From positions 1 through 54,244 of the IMG/VR virus record IMGVR_UViG_3300036760_000101: DNA of 54,244 nucleotides; one strand, 5' to 3'. Shown one piece after another: positions 10,372 through 20,815 of this stretch. The notes beneath the pieces were generated by a model. That model saw only the letters and a list, made by a program, of their open reading frames with translations. It had not been told where the DNA came from and did no database searches. This stretch comes from a virus (Duplodnaviria; Caudoviricetes). How positions within the stretch are numbered: position 1 is the stretch's first letter; each line of letters opens with the position of its first letter. A program made the translations under genes and the position numbers.

Positions 10372-11316
10372 ATGGCTGATGAAGGAAATGATGTATTAAA
10401 AAGATTAATAGGAAAGGGGCTACCAAAAAAGATTACCCATCCTTCTGTTACTGGTGCTACATATCCATATACTGCTACTACAATAAAAGAAAAGAAACCT
10501 ACAGAGCAGGAACTTGCTGGTAAGTATGCTGGAATAAGGTATCCTACTGGTGCAACTAAGGATGAAATTAAGGCTGCTGTTGAACCACTCGCAAAGGAAC
10601 AGGTTATACCTAAAGCAGAAGAAGCACCCAAGGAAGAAAAGTTTCAAGCGTTACCTACAGCAGAACGTGTTAAGGCTGTTCAAACATTAGCTGCTGCTGG
10701 TCATGTATTCACAAATGAAGATTTAAAAAAGTTTTACGGTACTGGTTTACCTCCTGCAAGTATGTTAGATACACTTATGGAGAGAGCTAATACTATATCA
10801 AGCTATTTAACATCAGGAGTATATAAGGATAGGGCTGCTAAAGCTGCAAGACAAGAGTTGACTCAGCTACATGAAACAGCAAGAAGTTTAATAGGAGTTA
10901 CTGGTGAGGCTGAATATAAGAAAGCATTAACAGAAGAAAAGAAAGCCGAGACTGCTGCCATTCCAGAAAAGCTAAAAATAGAACATGAGAAGGCTGCTGC
11001 ATTAGGTACAAGATGGGAAGCACAGGAAGAAGAAAAAAGATTAACCGAAAGAAGTAAATATATAGAAAAGAGAAAATCTGAGGGAAGAACTGATGCGGAA
11101 GCAGAGGCAGATGCAGGAACATACTTTGACCCATCCTGGGAATCGGCAGGTGGTGGTGCAACTCCTGGAAAAGTAACGCATCAAAATGTAATAGATGAAG
11201 TTAGTAAGGGTTCTGGATGGAAAGAATCAACAAAACATCCTGGAATGATGGAAGGTACAATAAGAGGAAAGAAAGTCCTTTGGGATAAAACTAAAAACAC
11301 GTTTCATACGGAGTAA
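10372..11316 (+). CDS. Putative internal virion (ejection) protein
   Basis: AGGAGG RBS; charged and helical; directly upstream of the largest ORF. Confidence 0.55.
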   Translation: MADEGNDVLKRLIGKGLPKKITHPSVTGATYPYTATTIKEKKPTEQELAGKYAGIRYPTGATKDEIKAAVEPLAKEQVIPKAEEAPKEEKFQALPTAERVKAVQTLAAAGHVFTNEDLKKFYGTGLPPASMLDTLMERANTISSYLTSGVYKDRAAKAARQELTQLHETARSLIGVTGEAEYKKALTEEKKAETAAIPEKLKIEHEKAAALGTRWEAQEEEKRLTERSKYIEKRKSEGRTDAEAEADAGTYFDPSWESAGGGATPGKVTHQNVIDEVSKGSGWKESTKHPGMMEGTIRGKKVLWDKTKNTFHTE

Positions 11317-11321
11317 TATAT

Positions 11322-14300
11322 ATGGCACTTAGACAAATAAGTCCAGAAGAATTAATGGGAACGCAAAGTCAACTTAAGGAAATAAGTCCAGATGAGTTAA
11401 TGAAGGCTCCTACTGGAACAACTCCAATTCCCATTGAAGAAACTAAACCTACTGGACAATTAAGAGAAGTAACACCCGATGAATTAATGGGTGTAGTTCC
11501 ACCCAAAACAACTAAACCTATAATCCCTACCGTTCCTGCTCCTAAGATAGTAACGAAGTTTGCAGATATGGTAGGTGGTGCATTAACCAGAATTGGTGAA
11601 GCTACTGGCGTAGAACCCATAAGGGGTGCTGGTACAAGTATAACAATGGGTTCTAAGATGATGCAGGAGGAAGGTTTGGGTGGTAGGGCTGCTAAGATTC
11701 CAGGAATGGCAGAACTTACTCATTTTTTGAGTGGTGCATTTCCTATAGGAGAAGCAATTCCAGCAGAAACAGACACAAGAAGGGTAACAAGTGGTATTGC
11801 ATGGCTTTTGGGTGCTGGATTATCCACAGCAGCACTTGGTGGTGCATTGAAGGCTGTTGGTATATTACCTAAGGCTGCTACATTTATGAAGTTTGGATTA
11901 CCCCCAACAATAGCTGGAATAGCTGCAAGGGGAGCATCTGGTACAGCCATTGGTGGTTTATATGGTGGATTTGGTGCAATGTTTTTACCTAAAGACCAGA
12001 GTAAACTTTTACATATTGGTAAAATGGCAGCAACATTTGGTACATTTGGTACTGCTGAAGGAATATTAGAGGGTCTTGCTGCTGAAATTCCAGCAGTAGG
12101 TAAAATATTAGGAAAGATAAATAGGGGAGAAATATTAAGTCCACAAGAAAGGACTATATCTAAAATAGTAGATGTTGCAAGGCAGAGTTCATTAGGTGCT
12201 GGTGCTGGTGTTTTGGAACCTACTAAGGATTGGGGAGAAAGGATAAGGAACGCAACGTTAGGTCTTATTACATTCGGTGCTACAGGATTAATACCCTTTG
12301 GTGCTGCTAAGGCGTTCAAGGAACTACCACCAGAAAGACAGGCAGATATAAAAGAATCAATGAAGAAGACTGACATACCACCAGAAAAAAGACTTGCTGA
12401 CTTATTGACTGTTGTTAATAAAGTAAGGGAACAGGGTGGAGATAATTCATATATGGCAGACCTTCTATTTAATTATGGAAAGTCTCAAATAAATGATGGT
12501 CAGGAAGTGGACTTAAGTTACTTTTCAGAAATGATAGCACATGCTATCCACGATGGTGAACAGAATGCAAGACAAGCATGGTTTGATATGGAGATGCAAA
12601 AGAAACCAGCATTTACTCAACCATCTGCTGATGCTCAAACTGCATGGCATGGTGAAGTTAAAAATATAACACCACCAGAGCAATTAAGTTTATTCAAAGA
12701 AAAACATGGAGACGCATGGTTTGACCAAGTTCCTGCAAGTATTTTAACTCCAGAAACTCACGGAAATAGATGGTATGAGGCTGCACCATTACCTACTGTT
12801 ATAAGAGAAGGTGGTGTTCCTGCTACCATTACAAAACAAGAATCTGAATTAATGGCTACTGGAATAGACCCATTAAGGGCAGAAGATGACCTTAAACATC
12901 AAGCATTAAGGTCTTTAAATGAAAAGTTTGAAAGAAAATTAGAAGAAATAAATAAGTCAGATATTGATATAAACGAAAAAAGAAAGAGAGCAAGGGAATT
13001 ATTTGAGTGGCATAATACAGAAAGAAGGAATATGAATCTATTTGATATAGATATACCTATATCAGAAAAGAAGATTCCAGTTGAGGCAGAACCTACTATA
13101 CTTAATAATATAGGAGATATTCCAAGTGAAAACATTGATACGTTATTAGGTAAGGGTGATAGTAAATTAACAGAGCAAGTTAAGAAATCCTTAGTAGATG
13201 GAACAGCAACACCAGAATCTATTATGGCAACTATCAACGAAAAGGTTGCTGCTGCATTAGATGTTCCAGAAAATGTTAGGGCTGATGCTACTATTAATGT
13301 TAGAAATGCCCTTGATGAAATAAAGAGAACTATTGAAGAATTTAAATCTGGTAAGTTGATTGAACCTAATAAGGTTTATCAGGATAAAATAAATAGAGTA
13401 AGAAATCTATATGATGAAGTAATAAGGGGAATTACTACCAAAAGAAAAGCCCAATCTGAAATTCTACAAATGACAAGAGATGAAAGGGGAAAGCCAGGTT
13501 CCGAAGATTTCTTAGCTGAGGCTGGAAGAATTAAGAACCAAATAAGACAATTTAAACAAGTTAAGAAAGCTACCCTTGGTTTTATGGGAACCCAAACTGC
13601 TTATGAAGTTATGGTAGATGAGGCTAAAGGTTTATATGATAAAGCCAAGGAAGTAACTCCTGAAATTAAAGGTAAACTTGTTGATATAGGAAAACATATA
13701 TATCAAGTTGGTCAAAAACTAAGTGAATTTGTAAAAAGTATGAAGGTAGCACTTGGAGATTTTTATGGCAAGGTTAAGGATTTCATGGTTTCTATATTTT
13801 CACAGGTTAAGGAAGCATACAAGAAGATGCCTATAATTTCAAGTGAGGCTGGTATAAGTCCATTTGGAAAATTACAGGATACTATAGATAAGATAACTGG
13901 AGAAAAGCATAAGGAAGTTAACATAGAAGACGTAACTGATGCACTTAATAAGATGGATAAACCAACCGATACAGTTAAGAAATCCATGAACTTGGGTATG
14001 GACATAGCCAAAAAGGCTTCCGCATCTAAGGATGCTATGTCTGGTCTATTTTCTGACTTGAAAGGTATAACATCTGGACTGTTTAATAAATTAAAAAATA
14101 CTCCTGCATTTACAGATTATAAAAAGATAGTCGGGGAAAACTTACAATCGAGATGGTTGGCATCATTTAAAACAAAAGCATTTGCCAAAACAGGATTAGA
14201 AGTATTCCCTGACGCAAGAGTAAGGGCAGGACTACAAAAGTTTGTAGAAGCTAACGGAGATGAAACAACCTTAAGAGATGCTATTAAGTTTGCTCCTCAA

Positions 14301-16352
14301 GATGTAAAAGCTAAATATGAAGCTGCACTTAATCTTACACCAGAACAGAGAATGTTTGCAAACCAAATAAGGGATTATTTTAATAGTAAGGAAAACTTCC
14401 TACAGAGAATGGGATGGTTAAGGGAAGGTCAGGAGCATTACATAAGGAGATTAATAGAAAAAGGTCACAAGGGTGCAGAGAAACTATTAGCTCAATATAG
14501 GTCTGGAATATTCAAAACAAGTGCTGGATTCTTGAGACAGAGAATGTTTGAGACATCCTTAGAAGGTGAAATGTCTGGAGTAAGATATAAAGATGATGCA
14601 ATAATGTCTATGACTGAATATGATAGGTCATTGAATGAAATGATAGCTAATAGAATGACATTAAAATCCATGATAGAAACTGGTAAGGGAACTGATGGTA
14701 GACCATTGGCTGCTGTGTCTGGGATAGGAGTTGAAGTTCCAAAGGGTGCAGAAGAACCAGATGCTATATTAATAAAACCGAAAGCAAGAACATCTGATAC
14801 GTTTGATTATGTGTCTTATGACCATCCAGCTATGAGAAAATGGTATTGGCTTACATCTGACACGGATGGTAAACCTATAGTGATGCAGGGAGATATAGTT
14901 CTACATCCTGAAATAGCAAAACATTTTAAGAATATGACAGGATATTCTGCGTTAAGGCAATTTGCCATTGGTAGGGGTGCATTGAACTTAGTTAGGGAGT
15001 TTAAGGGTGTTTTACTTGCTGCATCTCCATTCCATCAGGTACATGTTGGTAGTCATGCTATATATCATAAAGTCAATCCATTTAAACTTCCTGAGATTGA
15101 CCCTAATAATATGTTGCTACGAGAAGGTGTATCTCATGGTTTAAATATTCATGCTGACGATTCCCTTGAGATGTTTGAGGAAGGACTTGCAAGTACAGGA
15201 ATATTGACGAAAATACCTGGAATCGGTGATTTAATGCGTAAATATAATAATTATGTTTTTGCTGACTTCATTCCGAGACTAAAGGCTAAAATGTTCCAGG
15301 ATGCTTTTGGCAGAAATCTTGAACTATATAAGAATAAACTATCAAGAGACCAGATACTTGAAAAGACAGCAAACCAATCTAATGCTGCTTTTGGTGAATT
15401 AAACTATAAATGGATGGGTAGAAATCCTACCGTTCAGGATGCAATGAGACTTATGTTACTTGCTCCTGACTTTTTAGAGGCAAGGGGTAGATTTTTGGGT
15501 CAGGCTATAAGACCAGGTGGTTCCGAACAATCTGCTGCTCTTTTAAGGGCAAGTTTGGGAATGATACTCATTACTAAAACACTTACTGCATTACTTGATA
15601 AGGATAATAATCCACATTGGGATAGACCCATGAGTTTAGTTGTAGGTGAAAAGGAATTTATGATGAGGTCTGTTCCTGGTGACTTAATACACTTACTATC
15701 TAATCCAAGAAGTTTTATTTATCATAGGCTTAATCCCACACTCACAAGAACATTACTTGAAGGACTTAGTGGAAGAAATGAATTAGGTCAACAGAGATAT
15801 GTTACAGAACAAGTAAGGGATTTCTTTGCTACACATATTCCTATTCCATTACAATTTGTAAGGGGAGAAACACAGAAGAATGTATTGGATTCTGCATTGA
15901 CATCTATGGGAATAAGTGAGTATCAATATAAGACACCTTTTGAACGTGAGATGTCTACTTATATATCAGAACATGCACCCAAGGATGCTAAGACTTTAGA
16001 TGAGATACATACACAGAGGGACAAGAGAAATATATTTGTAGCACTTCAAAACAAGAAGCCAGAAGCCATGCAGATGTTAAATGAAGCTGTTGAGGCTGGA
16101 GAAATATCTCAATATGATAAAGTTAAGATGCTAAAGGATGCACATAAGGCTCCTATGGTATTGGGATTCTCTAAGGTTCCATTTGAGGATGCTATTGATA
16201 TGTTTAAAAAAGCTGACGATGAGGAGAGGAAAATTATCATTAGATATATTCCCAAGAAGTTTACTAATGCCCTTAAACATGCTTCCGAAAATAAGAGGAA
16301 GGAATTAAGGGTTAGGTTCGATGAATTTATGAAAGAGTATGGAGGTAAGTAA
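11322..16352 (+). CDS. Large internal virion/DNA-ejection protein
   Basis: 1676 aa, helical, with Gly/Ala-rich membrane-like segments; position typical of podoviruses. Confidence 0.65.
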   Translation: MALRQISPEELMGTQSQLKEISPDELMKAPTGTTPIPIEETKPTGQLREVTPDELMGVVPPKTTKPIIPTVPAPKIVTKFADMVGGALTRIGEATGVEPIRGAGTSITMGSKMMQEEGLGGRAAKIPGMAELTHFLSGAFPIGEAIPAETDTRRVTSGIAWLLGAGLSTAALGGALKAVGILPKAATFMKFGLPPTIAGIAARGASGTAIGGLYGGFGAMFLPKDQSKLLHIGKMAATFGTFGTAEGILEGLAAEIPAVGKILGKINRGEILSPQERTISKIVDVARQSSLGAGAGVLEPTKDWGERIRNATLGLITFGATGLIPFGAAKAFKELPPERQADIKESMKKTDIPPEKRLADLLTVVNKVREQGGDNSYMADLLFNYGKSQINDGQEVDLSYFSEMIAHAIHDGEQNARQAWFDMEMQKKPAFTQPSADAQTAWHGEVKNITPPEQLSLFKEKHGDAWFDQVPASILTPETHGNRWYEAAPLPTVIREGGVPATITKQESELMATGIDPLRAEDDLKHQALRSLNEKFERKLEEINKSDIDINEKRKRARELFEWHNTERRNMNLFDIDIPISEKKIPVEAEPTILNNIGDIPSENIDTLLGKGDSKLTEQVKKSLVDGTATPESIMATINEKVAAALDVPENVRADATINVRNALDEIKRTIEEFKSGKLIEPNKVYQDKINRVRNLYDEVIRGITTKRKAQSEILQMTRDERGKPGSEDFLAEAGRIKNQIRQFKQVKKATLGFMGTQTAYEVMVDEAKGLYDKAKEVTPEIKGKLVDIGKHIYQVGQKLSEFVKSMKVALGDFYGKVKDFMVSIFSQVKEAYKKMPIISSEAGISPFGKLQDTIDKITGEKHKEVNIEDVTDALNKMDKPTDTVKKSMNLGMDIAKKASASKDAMSGLFSDLKGITSGLFNKLKNTPAFTDYKKIVGENLQSRWLASFKTKAFAKTGLEVFPDARVRAGLQKFVEANGDETTLRDAIKFAPQDVKAKYEAALNLTPEQRMFANQIRDYFNSKENFLQRMGWLREGQEHYIRRLIEKGHKGAEKLLAQYRSGIFKTSAGFLRQRMFETSLEGEMSGVRYKDDAIMSMTEYDRSLNEMIANRMTLKSMIETGKGTDGRPLAAVSGIGVEVPKGAEEPDAILIKPKARTSDTFDYVSYDHPAMRKWYWLTSDTDGKPIVMQGDIVLHPEIAKHFKNMTGYSALRQFAIGRGALNLVREFKGVLLAASPFHQVHVGSHAIYHKVNPFKLPEIDPNNMLLREGVSHGLNIHADDSLEMFEEGLASTGILTKIPGIGDLMRKYNNYVFADFIPRLKAKMFQDAFGRNLELYKNKLSRDQILEKTANQSNAAFGELNYKWMGRNPTVQDAMRLMLLAPDFLEARGRFLGQAIRPGGSEQSAALLRASLGMILITKTLTALLDKDNNPHWDRPMSLVVGEKEFMMRSVPGDLIHLLSNPRSFIYHRLNPTLTRTLLEGLSGRNELGQQRYVTEQVRDFFATHIPIPLQFVRGETQKNVLDSALTSMGISEYQYKTPFEREMSTYISEHAPKDAKTLDEIHTQRDKRNIFVALQNKKPEAMQMLNEAVEAGEISQYDKVKMLKDAHKAPMVLGFSKVPFEDAIDMFKKADDEERKIIIRYIPKKFTNALKHASENKRKELRVRFDEFMKEYGGK

Positions 16353-16353
16353 A

Positions 16354-16539
16354 ATGGCAGATGATTGGAGAAAACCCATAGGGGAACGTGTAAAAAACTT
16401 TACTGATATTTTAGAAAAAGAAAAGAAAGGTAAGGGGTTGCCTGATAAGGAAGTTGTAAAAGCGTTAAGGAAACGTGGCTTAGGGTTTAAATCAACAAGA
16501 AAACAGAAAGAACTTCCGTCAGAGAAAATAGGTAAATAA
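16354..16539 (+). CDS. Small basic protein (KGLP motif)
   Basis: GGAGG RBS before ATG 16354; Lys-rich. Confidence 0.7.
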   Translation: MADDWRKPIGERVKNFTDILEKEKKGKGLPDKEVVKALRKRGLGFKSTRKQKELPSEKIGK

Positions 16540-16541
16540 AT

Positions 16542-16781
16542 ATGGCAGGTTATGTGCCAAGGGAGGTTAAGGATATGGCGAAGGGATTACCGAAAAAGAT
16601 ACCCGAAAAGGTTCTTGAATGGAGAGCCAAACAAAAAGAAGGTAGTATCATGAAAACCGAGACCTTCAAGAAAATAGAAAAGGGTGCAGCTAAGGATGTG
16701 GGCAAAGAGAGGGCGAAAAAAATCGCTGGTGCAAGTTACTGGAAATCTGTGTTTGCTAAATACAAAGAACGTAAAAAATAA
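16542..16781 (+). CDS. Small basic protein (KGLP motif)
   Basis: 79 aa, Lys-rich; AKKIAGASYW. Confidence 0.75.
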   Translation: MAGYVPREVKDMAKGLPKKIPEKVLEWRAKQKEGSIMKTETFKKIEKGAAKDVGKERAKKIAGASYWKSVFAKYKERKK

Positions 16782-16798
16782 ATCAAAGGAGAATCAAT

Positions 16799-17206
16799 AT
16801 GTTTCACATTGATTTTCGGTGCGAACCTTATTCCGCAAATATTGTCTTCTATACTGATTGTTCTCCTATGGACTTTAAAAAACATGTGGAGAAAAGTTAT
16901 GAAGGAGTTACCATAGATAGTGAAAAGGGAGATGCTGGTTGTATAAATAGCTTTGCTCCAGTATCAGAAAATGAATCTATAAGATATTTTATATGGGTTA
17001 GGCTTTGTGAAGATATAGCAGTTTTGGTACATGAATGTATTCATTTAGCATATCGTGTTTTGGAAGATAGGGGCATTAAAATTTCACAAGAAAATGATGA
17101 GGTCTTGGCATATTATCATGGATATTTATTCAAGACCCTTTGGAATGAAATGACGATACATACAGATAAGAAAGCAAAAAGAAAAGCTAAAAAGGGAGGC
17201 AAGTAA
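16799..17206 (+). CDS. HExxH zincin-like protein
   Basis: LVHECIH...NDEVLAY motif. Confidence 0.6.
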   Translation: MFHIDFRCEPYSANIVFYTDCSPMDFKKHVEKSYEGVTIDSEKGDAGCINSFAPVSENESIRYFIWVRLCEDIAVLVHECIHLAYRVLEDRGIKISQENDEVLAYYHGYLFKTLWNEMTIHTDKKAKRKAKKGGK

Positions 17207-17207
17207 A

Positions 17208-17429
17208 ATGGGAGCATTGGGAATACTTAAGGAAGTGTTAGGTTTAGAAAATATAAATGTTGAGAAGTTTGGTGGAACTACAGACCCAAGACTTACAAAA
17301 CCAAGAGAACCAGGCAAGGGATTGCCAGCAAGGAAAACCCTAAAGGACTATGAAACATTTGAGGCTTACAGGGGTGGTGGTGGTGGTAAGACAAGGGATG
17401 AATGGACAGAATGGAAGAAAGTGAAGTAA
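17208..17429 (+). CDS. Small protein (KGLP motif)
   Basis: GGAGG RBS; 73 aa. Confidence 0.7.
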   Translation: MGALGILKEVLGLENINVEKFGGTTDPRLTKPREPGKGLPARKTLKDYETFEAYRGGGGGKTRDEWTEWKKVK

Positions 17430-17430
17430 C

Positions 17431-17583
17431 ATGCCATACAAAATAAAAGGAAAATCGGTAGTTAAAGCAGATACGGGCAAGATTGTTGGTCATTCCAAGA
17501 ATCCCAAGAAATACCTCCGTATGTTACAGGCAATAGAGCATGGTTTTGTTCCTACCAAAAAAGGACTACCAAAGAAAAAGTAG
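17431..17583 (+). CDS. Small basic protein of 50 aa (not in ORF track)
   Basis: Translated by hand: MPYKIKGKSVVKADTGKIVGHSKNPKKYLRMLQAIEHGFVPTKKGLPKKK; fills the operon gap. Confidence 0.7.
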   Translation: MPYKIKGKSVVKADTGKIVGHSKNPKKYLRMLQAIEHGFVPTKKGLPKKK

Positions 17584-17591
17584 GTGATTAA

Positions 17592-18773
17592 ATGAGTATA
17601 ACACATAGTTTTACAAGTACAAAAACTGATGGTGAAGATACCAGTTTAGTTAGACCAACTAACTGGAACGCTGTTCATACTATTTCTGGATATGAGACAG
17701 GACAGGTATTGTTCGGTAATATGTCACAGGATGCTGGTTTATTTTGGGATAATACATCTAATAGTAAAATATTATCTATTAAATCAGATGTAAATAATTA
17801 TTGTGGTATTTTACGGTTAGGGTGTCCATCGCTTGCGAGTACATATAACGATTTGGGGTTCGTGCAATTCTGCAATGGAACACAAATAAATGCACAAATT
17901 TATGCAAAGCCAATTGGTTCTAATTTAGATTCTGGATCATTAAGGTTTTATACTCGTGTAACTGGTGGTGCATTAAGTTTACGTCTTACAATATTCGATT
18001 CTGGTGAGGTAGGCATAGGTGCTCCAAGTCCAACCAATATTCTTAGTTTAGGAAATACTACTGCACAAAAATTCTGGATAGAAAATAGTATTACTGATGT
18101 AGTAGGTAGAGCATTAACTATTGCTGCTGGTGGAACTATTGCTGGAACAAACGTAGATAATGTTATTGGTGGTAATCTTATATTACAATCTGGTTTAGGT
18201 ACTGGTACTGGAGAAAGTACAATTTCATTCCAAACAGGTACTACCCTAACAACTGGAAAAACATTACAAACAATGTCTACTAAGATGACTATTTTGGGTA
18301 ATGGTAATGTTGGTATAGGGATTGAAAATCCAACACATATACTTCAAGTAAGGGGTTCGGGATATGCTCAAGTTTCAATAACAGATGAAGATAATAGGCA
18401 TATGGAAATAGGTATTAGTGGTGCAGCAGTACATTATGGTGCAGGTATATGGATGAGTAGTACACAACAAATTAACCTTTATAATGCTGGAATATCTCTT
18501 GGTAGTTTTGTTTCTAATGACCCACCAGCAGGGGGGCTTTCTTGTAGCGGAAGTGTAGGTATAGGCGACCCCTCACCTGGAGAATTATTGGATGTAGCTG
18601 GAAATATAGACTTAACTGGTGTGTTAAAAATAGACGATATTCAAGTTGTAAGTAATCGTGTTGTTGATTCCAGAATATCCAATACACCCAATTCTGGTGA
18701 TGCAACTACGGATGATTTAATAGATGCAATGCGTGATGCCATGTTGTCACACGGATTAATGGCTGCCTCGTAG
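17592..18773 (+). CDS. Tail/fibre protein
   Basis: N-terminal ITHSFTS...LVRPTNWNAVH; repeated G.VGIG...P...L.V.G fibre motifs. Confidence 0.7.
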   Translation: MSITHSFTSTKTDGEDTSLVRPTNWNAVHTISGYETGQVLFGNMSQDAGLFWDNTSNSKILSIKSDVNNYCGILRLGCPSLASTYNDLGFVQFCNGTQINAQIYAKPIGSNLDSGSLRFYTRVTGGALSLRLTIFDSGEVGIGAPSPTNILSLGNTTAQKFWIENSITDVVGRALTIAAGGTIAGTNVDNVIGGNLILQSGLGTGTGESTISFQTGTTLTTGKTLQTMSTKMTILGNGNVGIGIENPTHILQVRGSGYAQVSITDEDNRHMEIGISGAAVHYGAGIWMSSTQQINLYNAGISLGSFVSNDPPAGGLSCSGSVGIGDPSPGELLDVAGNIDLTGVLKIDDIQVVSNRVVDSRISNTPNSGDATTDDLIDAMRDAMLSHGLMAAS

Positions 18774-18780
18774 GAGATGT

Positions 18781-19476
18781 ATGGCATTTAAACAAGACAG
18801 TTTCCAGAATGATACTTTTCAGCTATATACTTTTGGTAGGGTATTTGCTGGAAGTGTGACATTTATAGGAAATATAATCAGAAGTACAGGAAAGGTATTG
18901 TCTGGTGGATTAACTACAGCAGGAAATATTATAAACCAAACCAGTAAGGCATTAATTGGTAACTTAACTTCTTCTGGAAATATCATAAAGGAAATATATA
19001 GAACTTTAATTGGTAATCTGACATTAACTGGAAATCTTGTGAAGTTAATATATAAGACCTTTGCTGGTGCTATGGATTTTATGGGAAATATTATAAAAAT
19101 TACTGGTAAAGTATTGAGTGGTGCATTAAGTTCCATAGGAAGTATTACAAAAACAATAAATAAAATATTACCTGGCATCTTATCCCTTACTGGAAATATT
19201 ATAAAAGCAATAAGTACACATCTATCTGGTATATTATCTTTTATTGGAATAACTGGTAAATTATTTAAAATTACCATACATGGTACTATATTTTTCTCTG
19301 GTATAATAATTAAAAAAATTAATAAAGCATTACATAGTATAGTATCATTTATTGGTAGTCTCTATAAAATTCAATCAATACAAACAATATTAAAAATAGT
19401 ATTCACATTGAGAAATTCATTCTCAAGATTTTTATTTAGGAAACCTAAGATTTATTTTAATAAGGAGGATGAATAA
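18781..19476 (+). CDS. 18-aa repeat virion protein A
   Basis: About 10 tandem K.l.G.l...G.i.k units. Confidence 0.75.
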   Translation: MAFKQDSFQNDTFQLYTFGRVFAGSVTFIGNIIRSTGKVLSGGLTTAGNIINQTSKALIGNLTSSGNIIKEIYRTLIGNLTLTGNLVKLIYKTFAGAMDFMGNIIKITGKVLSGALSSIGSITKTINKILPGILSLTGNIIKAISTHLSGILSFIGITGKLFKITIHGTIFFSGIIIKKINKALHSIVSFIGSLYKIQSIQTILKIVFTLRNSFSRFLFRKPKIYFNKEDE

Positions 19477-20669
19477 TGGCATATTCCTATACGGTAAATT
19501 TATCATGTGCCAATAGAGCAGCAGCCCTAACGGAAATATGGGTTCGTATGGCTGCTATGGGTTGGACTTTACATGATGACATGTCTGGTTCAAGTTATCA
19601 AGTATGGAAAAGTAACGGAGAAAATGCTGACAGAATATATGAATATATACAAATAGAATATGTTACAGCAAATACCATAAAGTTTATAGCATTTGGATAC
19701 TGGAACGCATCAACCCATGCGGGAACTAATGGAACTGGTTTGTCTACACAATCCGTAACCACATCCGAATCTGGATTTTACTTATGGATATATGGAAATA
19801 AAAGTCTCGTTAAGGTAGAAACAAAAATTACAGCAACATACTATCGTACATTATTCGGACATTTACCAACTATATATTGGAATACACCAGTAAGCGATTT
19901 AACACAAAACGCAACATCTGGCTCAAGTGTAACCCTACACGTTACAAGCACTACTGGATTCGTAGCTGGAAGTTATTATCAAATATTTGGTGCTACTGGT
20001 GAGGGAAGGGATAAAGTTCAGGTATCTTCTATAACTAATCCTACAGATATGGTAATAGCAAGTTTACCAAGAAATTACAATACAGGTTCTTACATAGGAA
20101 CATGCCCATCGAGTTTTGGTGTGGGTGATGGTAATACTTTTTACAATACATGCACATGGCTTACTGCTGGAACTGGTACTGCTTTTGGTTCCTGTGCTCG
20201 ATATATTCCTGTTAATGTTGCTTATGAAGTTCCAGATGTCAGAACGGCAAAGGATTTAATATATCCAATGATATATCAATGCATATACGCAAGTAATTAT
20301 GGAATGATAGGATATTGTGATTCATATTTATTTGCTGCTTATGATGCTTCTTATTCATCTGAAGACACATACGGAGTAACGCAACAAGACTCTGGAACAG
20401 CAGAGAGTGGTGGAAATGATTCATTGACAGATTCAAATAAGTCATGGTCTACAGACCAATGGATTAATAAGGCAGTTATTATAACATTTGGTACTGGCAT
20501 TGGTCAGATAAGAAAAATATCATCCAATACAGGAACAATATTAACCGTATCCGTTAACTGGTCTACAAACCCAAGTTCAGATTCTCAATATGCTATTTGT
20601 GATGAAGCATATAGGGTATTGGATATAACAAGCACAACCCTGGGTATGGCATGTAGGGAAGGGGTATAG
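19476..20669 (+). CDS. Virion structural protein (possible fibre tip)
   Basis: MAAMGWTLHDD N-terminus; C-terminal LTDSNKSWSTDQW...GTGIGQIRKISSNT domain. Confidence 0.65.
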   Translation: MAYSYTVNLSCANRAAALTEIWVRMAAMGWTLHDDMSGSSYQVWKSNGENADRIYEYIQIEYVTANTIKFIAFGYWNASTHAGTNGTGLSTQSVTTSESGFYLWIYGNKSLVKVETKITATYYRTLFGHLPTIYWNTPVSDLTQNATSGSSVTLHVTSTTGFVAGSYYQIFGATGEGRDKVQVSSITNPTDMVIASLPRNYNTGSYIGTCPSSFGVGDGNTFYNTCTWLTAGTGTAFGSCARYIPVNVAYEVPDVRTAKDLIYPMIYQCIYASNYGMIGYCDSYLFAAYDASYSSEDTYGVTQQDSGTAESGGNDSLTDSNKSWSTDQWINKAVIITFGTGIGQIRKISSNTGTILTVSVNWSTNPSSDSQYAICDEAYRVLDITSTTLGMACREGV

Positions 20670-20815
20670 TGGCTAATCATATTGCCATAAAGGTAAGTTC
20701 TAATTTTTTTTCCACCATGATTAGGGTTGCATCATGGTTTAGTGGTGGAAATATTGTACCAAGAGAATTTCATCAAATAATTAAATTTAAAAAGAAATTA
20801 CATAAGAAGGGTTAA
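20669..20815 (+). CDS. Small protein of 48 aa, GTG start
   Basis: Overlaps the upstream stop and downstream start; MANHIAIKV resembles MAHHSAIVI of the next ORF. Confidence 0.5.
   Translation: MANHIAIKVSSNFFSTMIRVASWFSGGNIVPREFHQIIKFKKKLHKKG

Noticed and set aside
11369-14011. Antisense ORFs (e.g. 11720-12376, 12899-13237) and similar shadows elsewhere
   Set aside because: They lie opposite long genes, lack an RBS or motifs, and are explained by codon bias.
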